In this document: piece by piece, positions 18,624 to 25,454 of the stretch | How positions within the stretch are numbered: the stretch's first letter is position 1 | Layout: each line of letters starts with the position of its first letter | IMG/VR virus record: IMGVR_UViG_3300017716_003221 | Location: 1-25,633 of that record | Strand: one strand, 5' to 3' | DNA length: 25,633 bases | From: a virus | Taxonomy: Duplodnaviria > Caudoviricetes | The notes under the pieces: model-generated | Told to the model about the DNA's origin: nothing | Seen by the model: only the letters and a program-made list of their open reading frames with translations | Databases searched by the model: none | Made by a program: the position numbers and the translations under genes

Positions 18624-18637
18624 ATATTTATAATAAA
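18623..18637 (+). promoter_or_regulatory. Putative phage-specific promoter motif, copy 3
   Basis: TATATTTATAATAAA directly after a terminator, 8 nt before ATG 18646. Confidence 0.5.
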
Positions 18638-18645
18638 TTATTAAA

Positions 18646-19101
18646 ATGATTGCACAAGACATTTTACAATTAACACAAGCAGGAATTATAGCAATTCCCA
18701 TCGAAAAAAACGAAGATTTAAAACCATCTCCAAATTTTTTAGTTTTTGACAATCAATTAGGAAAAATAAAATCACCATTTGCCAATTTACAAACAGGAGA
18801 AATTGAAGAGATGGAATGTGTTATAACAACCTACAAAATTGTTAATAGAGAAATTTTAGAACCAAATGAATTTCATTCAAATAGAGAAATGATTGAGAGA
18901 AGTTTATTACCATTGGAAAATCTTTCTGTACCTGTTGATTTACTACCATTATTTTTTTCTCATCAAAGAATAAAAGATAATATAAATCTTGTAAATTTAG
19001 CATTGAGTAAATTTACATTTAGAGGGTCTCTTTCTGAATTATTATTAAAAGTGGATGAAACTGAACTTGATAATTTTATTCAACCACCATTAGAAGTTTA
19101 A
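18646..19101 (+). CDS. Hypothetical protein (apparently monocistronic)
   Basis: Flanked by terminators, with its own upstream motif. Confidence 0.8.
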   Translation: MIAQDILQLTQAGIIAIPIEKNEDLKPSPNFLVFDNQLGKIKSPFANLQTGEIEEMECVITTYKIVNREILEPNEFHSNREMIERSLLPLENLSVPVDLLPLFFSHQRIKDNINLVNLALSKFTFRGSLSELLLKVDETELDNFIQPPLEV

Positions 19102-19104
19102 TGT

Positions 19105-19144
19105 AAAAAAGCCTTTCTAAAAATTAATTTAGGAAGGCTTTTTT
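19105..19144. terminator. Bidirectional intrinsic terminator at the strand switch
   Basis: A6-GCCTTTCTAAA...TTTAGGAAGGC-T6 between convergent stop codons. Confidence 0.88.
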
Positions 19145-19145
19145 A

Positions 19146-19403
19146 TTATTTCTTAATTTTCTTTTCAATTACTTCTTCAACTATTTCCGAAGGTTGTTCA
19201 ACATAAATTATAAACTCATTTTGAAAATAATTTAGTGGAAAATGTAATATACTAACATTATTGTCATCAATTTTTTGAACAAAAGCATGAACAATATTAT
19301 CAACACTTTTCAATTTTTCAAAAATATAAACTATTTCACTTGTATCAAAGATAGACTTCAACCTTGTATTTTTAGGGAGTTCTAAAATTTCATTAATTGT
19401 CAT
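19146..19403 (-). CDS. Hypothetical protein
   Basis: ORF ending at the terminator. Confidence 0.75.
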   Translation of the reverse strand: MTINEILELPKNTRLKSIFDTSEIVYIFEKLKSVDNIVHAFVQKIDDNNVSILHFPLNYFQNEFIIYVEQPSEIVEEVIEKKIKK

Positions 19404-19436
19404 AAAATTTTTAATTTATTAATTATTTTTATAAAT

Positions 19437-20594
19437 TTATTCTTCCAAGATTCTTTTTTTAAGAAGTTCTTTATAATATTCATTTTCGGAATTAATATCA
19501 TTATCATTAATTCTTAATAACGCTTGTGAAATTTCCCATTGATTTATTGAAACTATTTCATTTTTATATGTTGAACGTTCTTTCAAATAAGATTGAAAAT
19601 TACTTTTAAAATCTATTCCATACACCATTGTCAAATAATCATTATGTCTCACCTTAAACATTGGAACAATATTTTGTAAATACATTTCATTAGGTTTTAT
19701 AATAACACCTCCATAATTCATTAAACATAATTGTTTATAAAATTCATTTCCGTAATGAATAGATTCCAAAAGTTCTGTTTTTTCAAAATCAATAATTAAG
19801 AAATTTTGACTTTTCAAATTGAACATACAATAACCAACGATGTTACTATCATTAACATATTCATCACCATTTTCATAATATGTTTTTAGCAAATTAAATG
19901 GTATAAATTGATAATTTTCACTTTTCCATCCGAATATAATAACTTGTGTTTTAAAGGTCTCTAAGCCTTTGTTTAACGTGTTCACATCGAGAATATTGAA
20001 ATCATCAACTGCTTCAAATATACTTATTAAATCTTTCTTATTTTTATAAATTTTATTGATTTCTTTTTTAGAAAGATTTAAAACATTTTGTTTATAATCA
20101 TAAAATTCTTTTGAAAGTTTTATTGATACAATCTTATCATAAATCGTAGAATCTTTAACGAAGTTTAAATGTTCTTCATACAGTTTTCCATAAGTGTTTA
20201 AATTTTCATTAATTAATTCACTTCCAACATCATTAAATGGTATTAGTTGTGCTTGAATTAAATATTTACAAATCCCATCTTTCCAATTCATTTTTGAATA
20301 TATTGGAATAATTGCTTCTAAAAGTTTATTTCTATCAAGATGTTCAATAATACATCCATCACTTGAAAAGAATCTTGAATTTTCAATTATTTTGTGAAGT
20401 TCTACATCAACATAAGACCCTATAAATTTTGGCTGAATAATACATTGTTTAACACCATTTGAATGATAATATTCAATAGCTTTAGACAATGATTCAATTT
20501 CATTATCACTTTTTGGAGCAGGTGGGATTTTTGAATAAAAATGTGCTAATTTGTTATTAATAGCTAATTGAGTTAATTCTTGATTTTTTTTCAT
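19437..20594 (-). CDS. Stand-alone bacterial Pnkp-type RNA ligase (adenylyltransferase) domain with degenerate motifs
   Basis: PPAP..ES..A..YY...GV....QPKFIGS (motif I, K56), PFNLLK, GGVIIKP, KVRHNDYLTMVYG match the Pnkp ligase layout. Confidence 0.75.
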   Translation of the reverse strand: MKKNQELTQLAINNKLAHFYSKIPPAPKSDNEIESLSKAIEYYHSNGVKQCIIQPKFIGSYVDVELHKIIENSRFFSSDGCIIEHLDRNKLLEAIIPIYSKMNWKDGICKYLIQAQLIPFNDVGSELINENLNTYGKLYEEHLNFVKDSTIYDKIVSIKLSKEFYDYKQNVLNLSKKEINKIYKNKKDLISIFEAVDDFNILDVNTLNKGLETFKTQVIIFGWKSENYQFIPFNLLKTYYENGDEYVNDSNIVGYCMFNLKSQNFLIIDFEKTELLESIHYGNEFYKQLCLMNYGGVIIKPNEMYLQNIVPMFKVRHNDYLTMVYGIDFKSNFQSYLKERSTYKNEIVSINQWEISQALLRINDNDINSENEYYKELLKKRILEE

Positions 20595-20598
20595 ATTT

Positions 20599-21111
20599 TT
20601 ATTTAATAACTTTCAAACTTATTAATGACAATATATTAATAGCTTCTATAATTGAATTACATTGAACTTCAAAAGAATAAACTTTTCCTATTTTGTTTTT
20701 AAAATTCTTTATTTGTGGAAAATATTTAGTCAATAAAAATTCATCATCCTTAAATATCAAAGAATTATCAATATATAGTGAAGGTATCGTAATAGTTGTT
20801 AAAAATTCATCACTATCTAATTCATTCTTTACAACATCTTTTCCAATTAACTCTGAAAATAATGTATCAATAGTTCCTAACAAAATTTTTGGAGAACAAA
20901 ATTGCATAAAATCAATATCTGATTGTACATCTTGTTGAAAAGAATTTTTAACTCCTTCGTGAAAAGATACTGCATAATCATTTTCAGAAAGACAATGACC
21001 AAGAATAATTCCCTTTTCAAATTTTTGAAAACACATACCAAAATTAGATACAGGATTTTTATTAATAATAGATAATAAATTTGGATTTTCGGAATATATT
21101 TTATAGTTCAT
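20599..21111 (-). CDS. Hen1 N-terminal (ligase-activating) domain-like protein without methyltransferase
   Basis: YSENPNLLSIINKNP..., Y.V.F, F.SP pattern like Hen1 N-termini; directly upstream of the Pnkp ligase domain; no SAM-binding glycine motif. Confidence 0.6.
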   Translation of the reverse strand: MNYKIYSENPNLLSIINKNPVSNFGMCFQKFEKGIILGHCLSENDYAVSFHEGVKNSFQQDVQSDIDFMQFCSPKILLGTIDTLFSELIGKDVVKNELDSDEFLTTITIPSLYIDNSLIFKDDEFLLTKYFPQIKNFKNKIGKVYSFEVQCNSIIEAINILSLISLKVIK

Positions 21112-21176
21112 TTATTTTTATGTTTAAATTGTCAAAAATTTTCTTACTTAAATAACATTTTATATGTAAAGAAAGT

Positions 21177-21464
21177 TCAAAATCTTCTTTTTTCAAAGAA
21201 TCCTAATGGATATTTTAAAATAATTCTCCATTCATCAAAGAAACATCCTTTAAAAGAAAATATTTCAAACCATTCTTTTTCTAAAATATATTCATCTAAT
21301 AATCTTTCATGTCCAAATATTTGTAATTCTTTTAAATGAAATTCACATTCTTCTTCTGAATCAAATTTACAAATTTCGTACACATCATCAACTTTATTAG
21401 CTAATGTCATGTAAGAAGCCGTTTCTGCAAAAAAGCAATTATTAAAATCGTATTTAAGGTTCAT
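21177..21464 (-). CDS. Hypothetical protein
   Basis: ORF in cluster. Confidence 0.7.
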   Translation of the reverse strand: MNLKYDFNNCFFAETASYMTLANKVDDVYEICKFDSEEECEFHLKELQIFGHERLLDEYILEKEWFEIFSFKGCFFDEWRIILKYPLGFFEKRRF

Positions 21465-21515
21465 AAATTTAAACCATTATAAGTAATTGTTAATGAGTAT
21501 GTTATATAATATTTT

Positions 21516-21544
21516 TGTCACAAATATATTCTAAATTTGTGACA
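21516..21544. promoter_or_regulatory. Perfect 10-bp inverted repeat overlapping a TATATTTG element
   Basis: TGTCACAAAT-N9-ATTTGTGACA directly after the pnk stop; TATATTTG on the - strand at 21521-21528. Confidence 0.55.
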
Positions 21545-22450
21545 TTACTTATCCGATAAACATTGTAAAGCCTTGATTCCTAAACTTCTCCACATTTCGC
21601 ACACATCTTCTTTATCATCTAATGCAAAAATAACATTAAAATTTTCTTTTACAAATTTTTCATAAAGTTCTTTCTTAACTACTACCGAAGGTCTAAAATC
21701 TTTTGAATCTCGCATCAATAATAAAAATTCATCTTCACGAAGATATTTTTCAAGCCATTTTTTCGTTTCTTGATAACATTCATTTGAACGTCCTGTTAAA
21801 AATATAATTTTATTTCCACACCATATAGATGAATTAACAATTTCAAGTACATCATAATCAACATCATCCATTCCAACTTTGTTCCATTCGTAATAACCTC
21901 TTTTACCGTTAGCATGAGCCAATGTTCCATCTAAATCTACAATGATACAATCTTCTAAGTTTTCATTAAATGGTGTTAAAGAATAAATAAATTCTTGTTT
22001 AGGAAAATAATTATTATCAAAAAATTCATTACGAACATTTTGAAATCCTTTAAACATTCTATCAATAACATTTTTACCAACACTCCGTTCTCTATTGACA
22101 TCTCTTGCATAACAAGTTTCTAAATCTGTATCAAAAAATTTTAATGTAACATCCGCTTTATATTTAAACTCTTCCAAAAGTATTTTTAAATACTTTCCAT
22201 TACAATTTGTATCACTTACAATAACATTATATTTGTTATTTAAAGCAATATGAATAGCTTTAAATTGTAATTCTGTTATAAAATTTTCAAATTGCTTATC
22301 ACCAATTGAAATATCTTTCATACCATATCTAAAATCATCTCTTTCAACTTTTACGTAAGAAGGATTTTCTTTTACAAATTCCTTTGACCAAGTACTTTTT
22401 CCACTTGCAGGAACACCTATTGTTACAATTATTTGTTTGTTCTTTTTCAT
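21545..22450 (-). CDS. pseT: T4-type polynucleotide 5'-kinase / 3'-phosphatase
   Basis: Walker A GVPASGKST, RDDFR, DTN, R..NRER; HAD DLDGT, TGR, DD..VCEMWR.LG. Confidence 0.93.
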   Translation of the reverse strand: MKKNKQIIVTIGVPASGKSTWSKEFVKENPSYVKVERDDFRYGMKDISIGDKQFENFITELQFKAIHIALNNKYNVIVSDTNCNGKYLKILLEEFKYKADVTLKFFDTDLETCYARDVNRERSVGKNVIDRMFKGFQNVRNEFFDNNYFPKQEFIYSLTPFNENLEDCIIVDLDGTLAHANGKRGYYEWNKVGMDDVDYDVLEIVNSSIWCGNKIIFLTGRSNECYQETKKWLEKYLREDEFLLLMRDSKDFRPSVVVKKELYEKFVKENFNVIFALDDKEDVCEMWRSLGIKALQCLSDK

Positions 22451-22599
22451 ATATAATTTTCTAAAAGGTTTTTTTCAATTAAATATTTTGAAATAATAAA
22501 AGCATCATATAATAATGCAAAAATTAAAAGCATAATATAAAACGCTTTAAAAGTTTTTATTGGTTTCTTTCTAAAAAGAATAATCAATAGTGTAATCAT
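22447..22599 (-). CDS. Small membrane protein (50 aa, absent from the track)
   Basis: MITLLIILFRKKPIKTFKAFYIMLLIFALLYDAFIISKYL...; ATGA-coupled to pnk. Confidence 0.6.
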   Translation of the reverse strand: MITLLIILFRKKPIKTFKAFYIMLLIFALLYDAFIISKYLIEKNLLENYI

Positions 22600-22603
22600 G
22601 AAT

Positions 22604-22762
22604 TTATATAGTTAAAATTTCAAAACTTTCTAAAAGTTCTTGTTTATATTTTTCCATCCAAAAATCAAATTTATAAATTCCTTTTCCCTGTGGGTGAGAA
22701 TTGTAAATTTCTCTACAAAATATTTTAAAATTTGGAGTGAATTTTTTGTTATGAATGTACAT
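22604..22762 (-). CDS. Small hypothetical protein (52 aa, absent from the track)
   Basis: MYIHNKKFTPNFKIFCREIYNSHPQGKG...; tiles between its neighbours. Confidence 0.65.
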   Translation of the reverse strand: MYIHNKKFTPNFKIFCREIYNSHPQGKGIYKFDFWMEKYKQELLESFEILTI

Positions 22763-22770
22763 AATTTTTA

Positions 22771-22995
22771 TTATAAACTTTTTGAAATTATTTTTGTATT
22801 TTCGGTTTTTAAATATTTAACATTTCCATTTGGTGCAAATTTTACAATAGCTTGTTCACAACCTTTTACAAATGGATTCCAAAATCTAACATCTATTTGA
22901 ACTTTACTTTTGTGGGTAATCATAGCTGTTGTTTGAATCCCTTTGTAAAGAATATTTACTGTTTGACCTTCTTCTAAGTTTGAAAATTTTGACAT
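22771..22995 (-). CDS. Small hypothetical beta-rich protein
   Basis: First gene after a promoter. Confidence 0.75.
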   Translation of the reverse strand: MSKFSNLEEGQTVNILYKGIQTTAMITHKSKVQIDVRFWNPFVKGCEQAIVKFAPNGNVKYLKTENTKIISKSL

Positions 22996-23026
22996 TTTAT
23001 TTATTGTTTAAATTGTTATTGCATTA

Positions 23027-23057
23027 CAAATATACTAAACATTATTCATTAATCAAA
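23027..23057 (-). promoter_or_regulatory. Bacteroidota primary-sigma promoter
   Basis: TTTG-N19-TATATTTG. Confidence 0.75.
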
Positions 23058-23072
23058 ATTTATTATAAAATT

Positions 23073-23105
23073 AAAAAAAAACATTCCAAAAATTAGAATG
23101 TTTTT
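23073..23105 (-). terminator. Intrinsic terminator
   Basis: On the - strand AAAAACATTC...GAATG followed by T9. Confidence 0.7.
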
Positions 23106-23131
23106 ATATACTATCATTAAACAAAAAAACA

Positions 23132-23203
23132 CTATTTTTTTAACCAATCAAAATATAATTTAATTCCAAATAATATTACACCGATAAAGATTATCTTAAT
23201 CAT
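23132..23203 (-). CDS. Putative 23-aa single-transmembrane microprotein
   Basis: MIKIIFIGVILFGIKLYFDWLKK; A-rich leader; followed by a terminator. Confidence 0.45.
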   Translation of the reverse strand: MIKIIFIGVILFGIKLYFDWLKK

Positions 23204-23248
23204 AATTTTAAAATTTATTTGTTTCTATTTTTAAAATATTTTTTAATT

Positions 23249-23515
23249 TTATGGAGTATTATCAAATATATTTCTCACTTGCCTATTTACTAACTTTCTT
23301 TTTTCTAAAATATATTTTTCTAACAATGCTTGATTATATCTAAATCCATCAAATTCTACATGAGAATAATGTTCGGGGTTTAAAATACCATCACGACCAT
23401 CCAACATTTTATTCAATTCATTTTTTCTATATTCTTGTGATTGTAATTTACGTTTAGAATATTGATTGTAAAAACGTTGAAAATATCTTTTATACACTTT
23501 AAATTTCTGAATCAT
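23249..23515 (-). CDS. Basic hypothetical protein (88 aa)
   Basis: Start moved to MIQKFK because the track start lies upstream of the -7 promoter element. Confidence 0.7.
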   Translation of the reverse strand: MIQKFKVYKRYFQRFYNQYSKRKLQSQEYRKNELNKMLDGRDGILNPEHYSHVEFDGFRYNQALLEKYILEKRKLVNRQVRNIFDNTP

Positions 23516-23546
23516 AATGTTATAAGTTTTGTTTAAATTCATAATG

Positions 23547-23577
23547 CAAATGTACATGAAAATTTTTAATTTACAAT
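23547..23577 (-). promoter_or_regulatory. Bacteroidota primary-sigma promoter
   Basis: ATTG-N19-TACATTTG. Confidence 0.7.
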
Positions 23578-23590
23578 AAGAATTTCATTT

Positions 23591-23749
23591 TTAAATGTTA
23601 TTTTTTATTTCAAAAATGATTTCTTCTAATAAATCAATTTCATTTAATAACTGTTGTTTGGATTTTAACTCAAAATTTAAGTTAAGTTGTAAAATATTTT
23701 GTTTGGAAAATAAAATGATTTCTAAATATTCTAAAATTTTATTTTCCAT
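23591..23749 (-). CDS. Small helical protein (52 aa, absent from the track)
   Basis: MENKILEYLEIILFSKQNILQL...EIKNNI. Confidence 0.6.
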   Translation of the reverse strand: MENKILEYLEIILFSKQNILQLNLNFELKSKQQLLNEIDLLEEIIFEIKNNI

Positions 23750-24048
23750 ATATTTAAGTTTGATAATTGTGATAAAATTTTTTCTGAATCACCAATGATT
23801 TTAAATTCGATTTCTTCATTTTTTGGATATAATACGAAATCATTAGTTCTATGAAATACAAAAATTTTATTGTAAAAATTTTTATATGACAATTCATATC
23901 TAAAACATATTTTACTATATTCTTCTTCACCATCCCAAAAATCCATTGTAATCAATTCATCTACGTAATTATAAATTCTATCAATTTCAATAAATTTTTT
24001 ACCGTTGATATTAAATATTTTTTCTATTTCCAATGCTAAATTTTCCAT
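23731..24048 (-). CDS. Hypothetical protein
   Basis: ORF in operon. Confidence 0.75.
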   Translation of the reverse strand: MENLALEIEKIFNINGKKFIEIDRIYNYVDELITMDFWDGEEEYSKICFRYELSYKNFYNKIFVFHRTNDFVLYPKNEEIEFKIIGDSEKILSQLSNLNIWKIKF

Positions 24049-24053
24049 AATTT

Positions 24054-24410
24054 CTATTTTTCAAAAGTTAAACCATAAGTGATAAAATCTGCACACTCTG
24101 TTGTGTAAACACCTTCATCATCTTTTAAAAGTTTATAAATCTGTAAACTATCAGCCACACCCTTTTTAATCAATTCGGGTTCTTCTAACACAACAAATCT
24201 ATCAAATTCATCATGTGTATAAACAACATCACTATATTCATCTTCATAATAGATGTTAATATCGAATAATTCACCATCTATTTCTATACTTGTCCAAAAA
24301 TCTACATCATCACTTATATAAGGAGTTACAGATGTTGCAATAGTTTCATTTGTTTCTTCATTTTTACAAATGATGTTGTTCGTTTCTTTTTCAATAATGA
24401 AATAATACAT
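24054..24410 (-). CDS. Acidic hypothetical protein (118 aa)
   Basis: Start moved to MYYFII because the track start overlaps the promoter. Confidence 0.8.
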   Translation of the reverse strand: MYYFIIEKETNNIICKNEETNETIATSVTPYISDDVDFWTSIEIDGELFDINIYYEDEYSDVVYTHDEFDRFVVLEEPELIKKGVADSLQIYKLLKDDEGVYTTECADFITYGLTFEK

Positions 24411-24443
24411 AGTCTTATTTTGTTTAAATGTTTTAATGATATA

Positions 24444-24475
24444 CAAAGATAGTTACTTAATATTAATAATGCAAA
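24444..24475 (-). promoter_or_regulatory. Bacteroidota primary-sigma promoter
   Basis: TTTG-N20-TATCTTTG. Confidence 0.8.
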
Positions 24476-24492
24476 CTTTGTATTAATTTATT

Positions 24493-24909
24493 TTAAAAAG
24501 AATATTTCCATTCAATTTCTATTTTTTCAATTTCTTCATCACTTGGAATAAATCTATTTTCAAAATGATTCAAAATATTTTGTGTAATAGTTCTCTTAAT
24601 TTCAAAAATATTATCATCTAATATATAATATATTTGCTCTTCAATTTCATGGTTTTTCGTCCATTCTTCATTATATTCAACATTTTCTTCTTCAATCAAA
24701 TCCCATTTTTCAATTTTATACACTTCTAAAACATCGGGTTGCCAAGAATTGTTTGATAACCAACCACCACTTGAAAAAGTCCCTTTATTGTTTTCATCGA
24801 ATGTTACGTAGATAGGTATTCTCCATCCTGTCCATTCAAATTCACAAGCATTTGTTAATTCTCTTTCTAAAACACCTTTTAATTCTTTTTCTGATAATGT
24901 AATTTTCAT
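24493..24909 (-). CDS. Acidic, Trp-rich hypothetical protein
   Basis: ORF with its own promoter. Confidence 0.8.
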   Translation of the reverse strand: MKITLSEKELKGVLERELTNACEFEWTGWRIPIYVTFDENNKGTFSSGGWLSNNSWQPDVLEVYKIEKWDLIEEENVEYNEEWTKNHEIEEQIYYILDDNIFEIKRTITQNILNHFENRFIPSDEEIEKIEIEWKYSF

Positions 24910-24936
24910 ATTCTTAATTTGTTTAATTGTTTAATG
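24902..24936 (-). repeat. 35-bp leader and start-codon direct repeat, copy 1
   Basis: CATTAAACAATTAAACAAATTAAGAATATGAAAAT (- strand), identical at 25164-25198. Confidence 0.9.
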
Positions 24937-24941
24937 ATATA

Positions 24942-24973
24942 CAAATGTAATTCTTTTATTTTAATTATGCAAA
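24942..24973 (-). promoter_or_regulatory. Bacteroidota primary-sigma promoter
   Basis: TTTG-N20-TACATTTG. Confidence 0.8.
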
Positions 24974-25171
24974 TATTTTTTCTAAATTATTTGAATTTTC
25001 TTTTTCCAAAATACATTTTTCAAAATATTCTAAAATATCTTTTATAGATGTATTTTTAGAAAATATTGTACCACGTTGTAAAATCTTACCTACGTAAAAA
25101 TGAAATGTAATCCCTGTTAAAATTTCTTTTATAACAGCTTTACAACCATTCTTTTTAATTTCCATTTTCAT
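24965..25171 (-). CDS. Small hypothetical protein
   Basis: ORF with its own promoter and the repeated leader. Confidence 0.75.
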   Translation of the reverse strand: MKMEIKKNGCKAVIKEILTGITFHFYVGKILQRGTIFSKNTSIKDILEYFEKCILEKENSNNLEKIFA

Positions 25172-25198
25172 ATTCTTAATTTGTTTAATTGTTTAATG
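25164..25198 (-). repeat. 35-bp leader direct repeat, copy 2
   Basis: Identical to 24902-24936. Confidence 0.9.
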
Positions 25199-25211
25199 TT
25201 CTAACTTGATT

Positions 25212-25243
25212 CAAAATTACAAGAAATAAATTTAACTTGCAAG
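25212..25243 (-). promoter_or_regulatory. Bacteroidota primary-sigma promoter
   Basis: CTTG-N20-TAATTTTG. Confidence 0.7.
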
Positions 25244-25273
25244 ACTTTTTTCAAATTTATTTTCAAAAAGGTA

Positions 25274-25356
25274 AAACATTCGTTTTAAGACCTTTAAAAG
25301 TTTCCTCCTTATGATTATACCATTCATTACAAAATAATTGAAAATTAATTACAAAA
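25274..25356 (+). repeat. Degenerate intergenic element, copy B
   Basis: Equally spaced blocks shared with 18496-18578. Confidence 0.4.
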
Positions 25357-25377
25357 CAATGTAAATTTTGGTTATAT

Positions 25378-25417
25378 AAAAAGGAAAATCCTTACAAAAA
25401 TTATATTCGTAAGGATT
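25378..25417 (-). terminator. Intrinsic terminator
   Basis: AATCCTTAC...GTAAGGATT stem, T-rich tail on the - strand. Confidence 0.7.
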
Positions 25418-25454
25418 AAAAATTAAACATCTAATCAATTTATTTTAATATCTT

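Noticed and set aside
18482-18645. tRNA or known ncRNA in intergenic gaps
   Set aside because: No GC-rich cloverleaf or T-arm signature seen here or in the other gaps
23112-23124. Inverted copy of the leader motif TATCATTAAACAA on the + strand
   Set aside because: No TAnnTTTG upstream and no ORF downstream; short and AT-rich
20693-23798. Plus-strand ORFs at 20693, 22640 and 23595
   Set aside because: Antisense to - strand genes, including small ORFs missed by the track
24902-25198. 35-bp repeats as a CRISPR array or att sites
   Set aside because: Only two copies, 262 bp apart, coinciding with leaders and start codons; no cas or integrase gene
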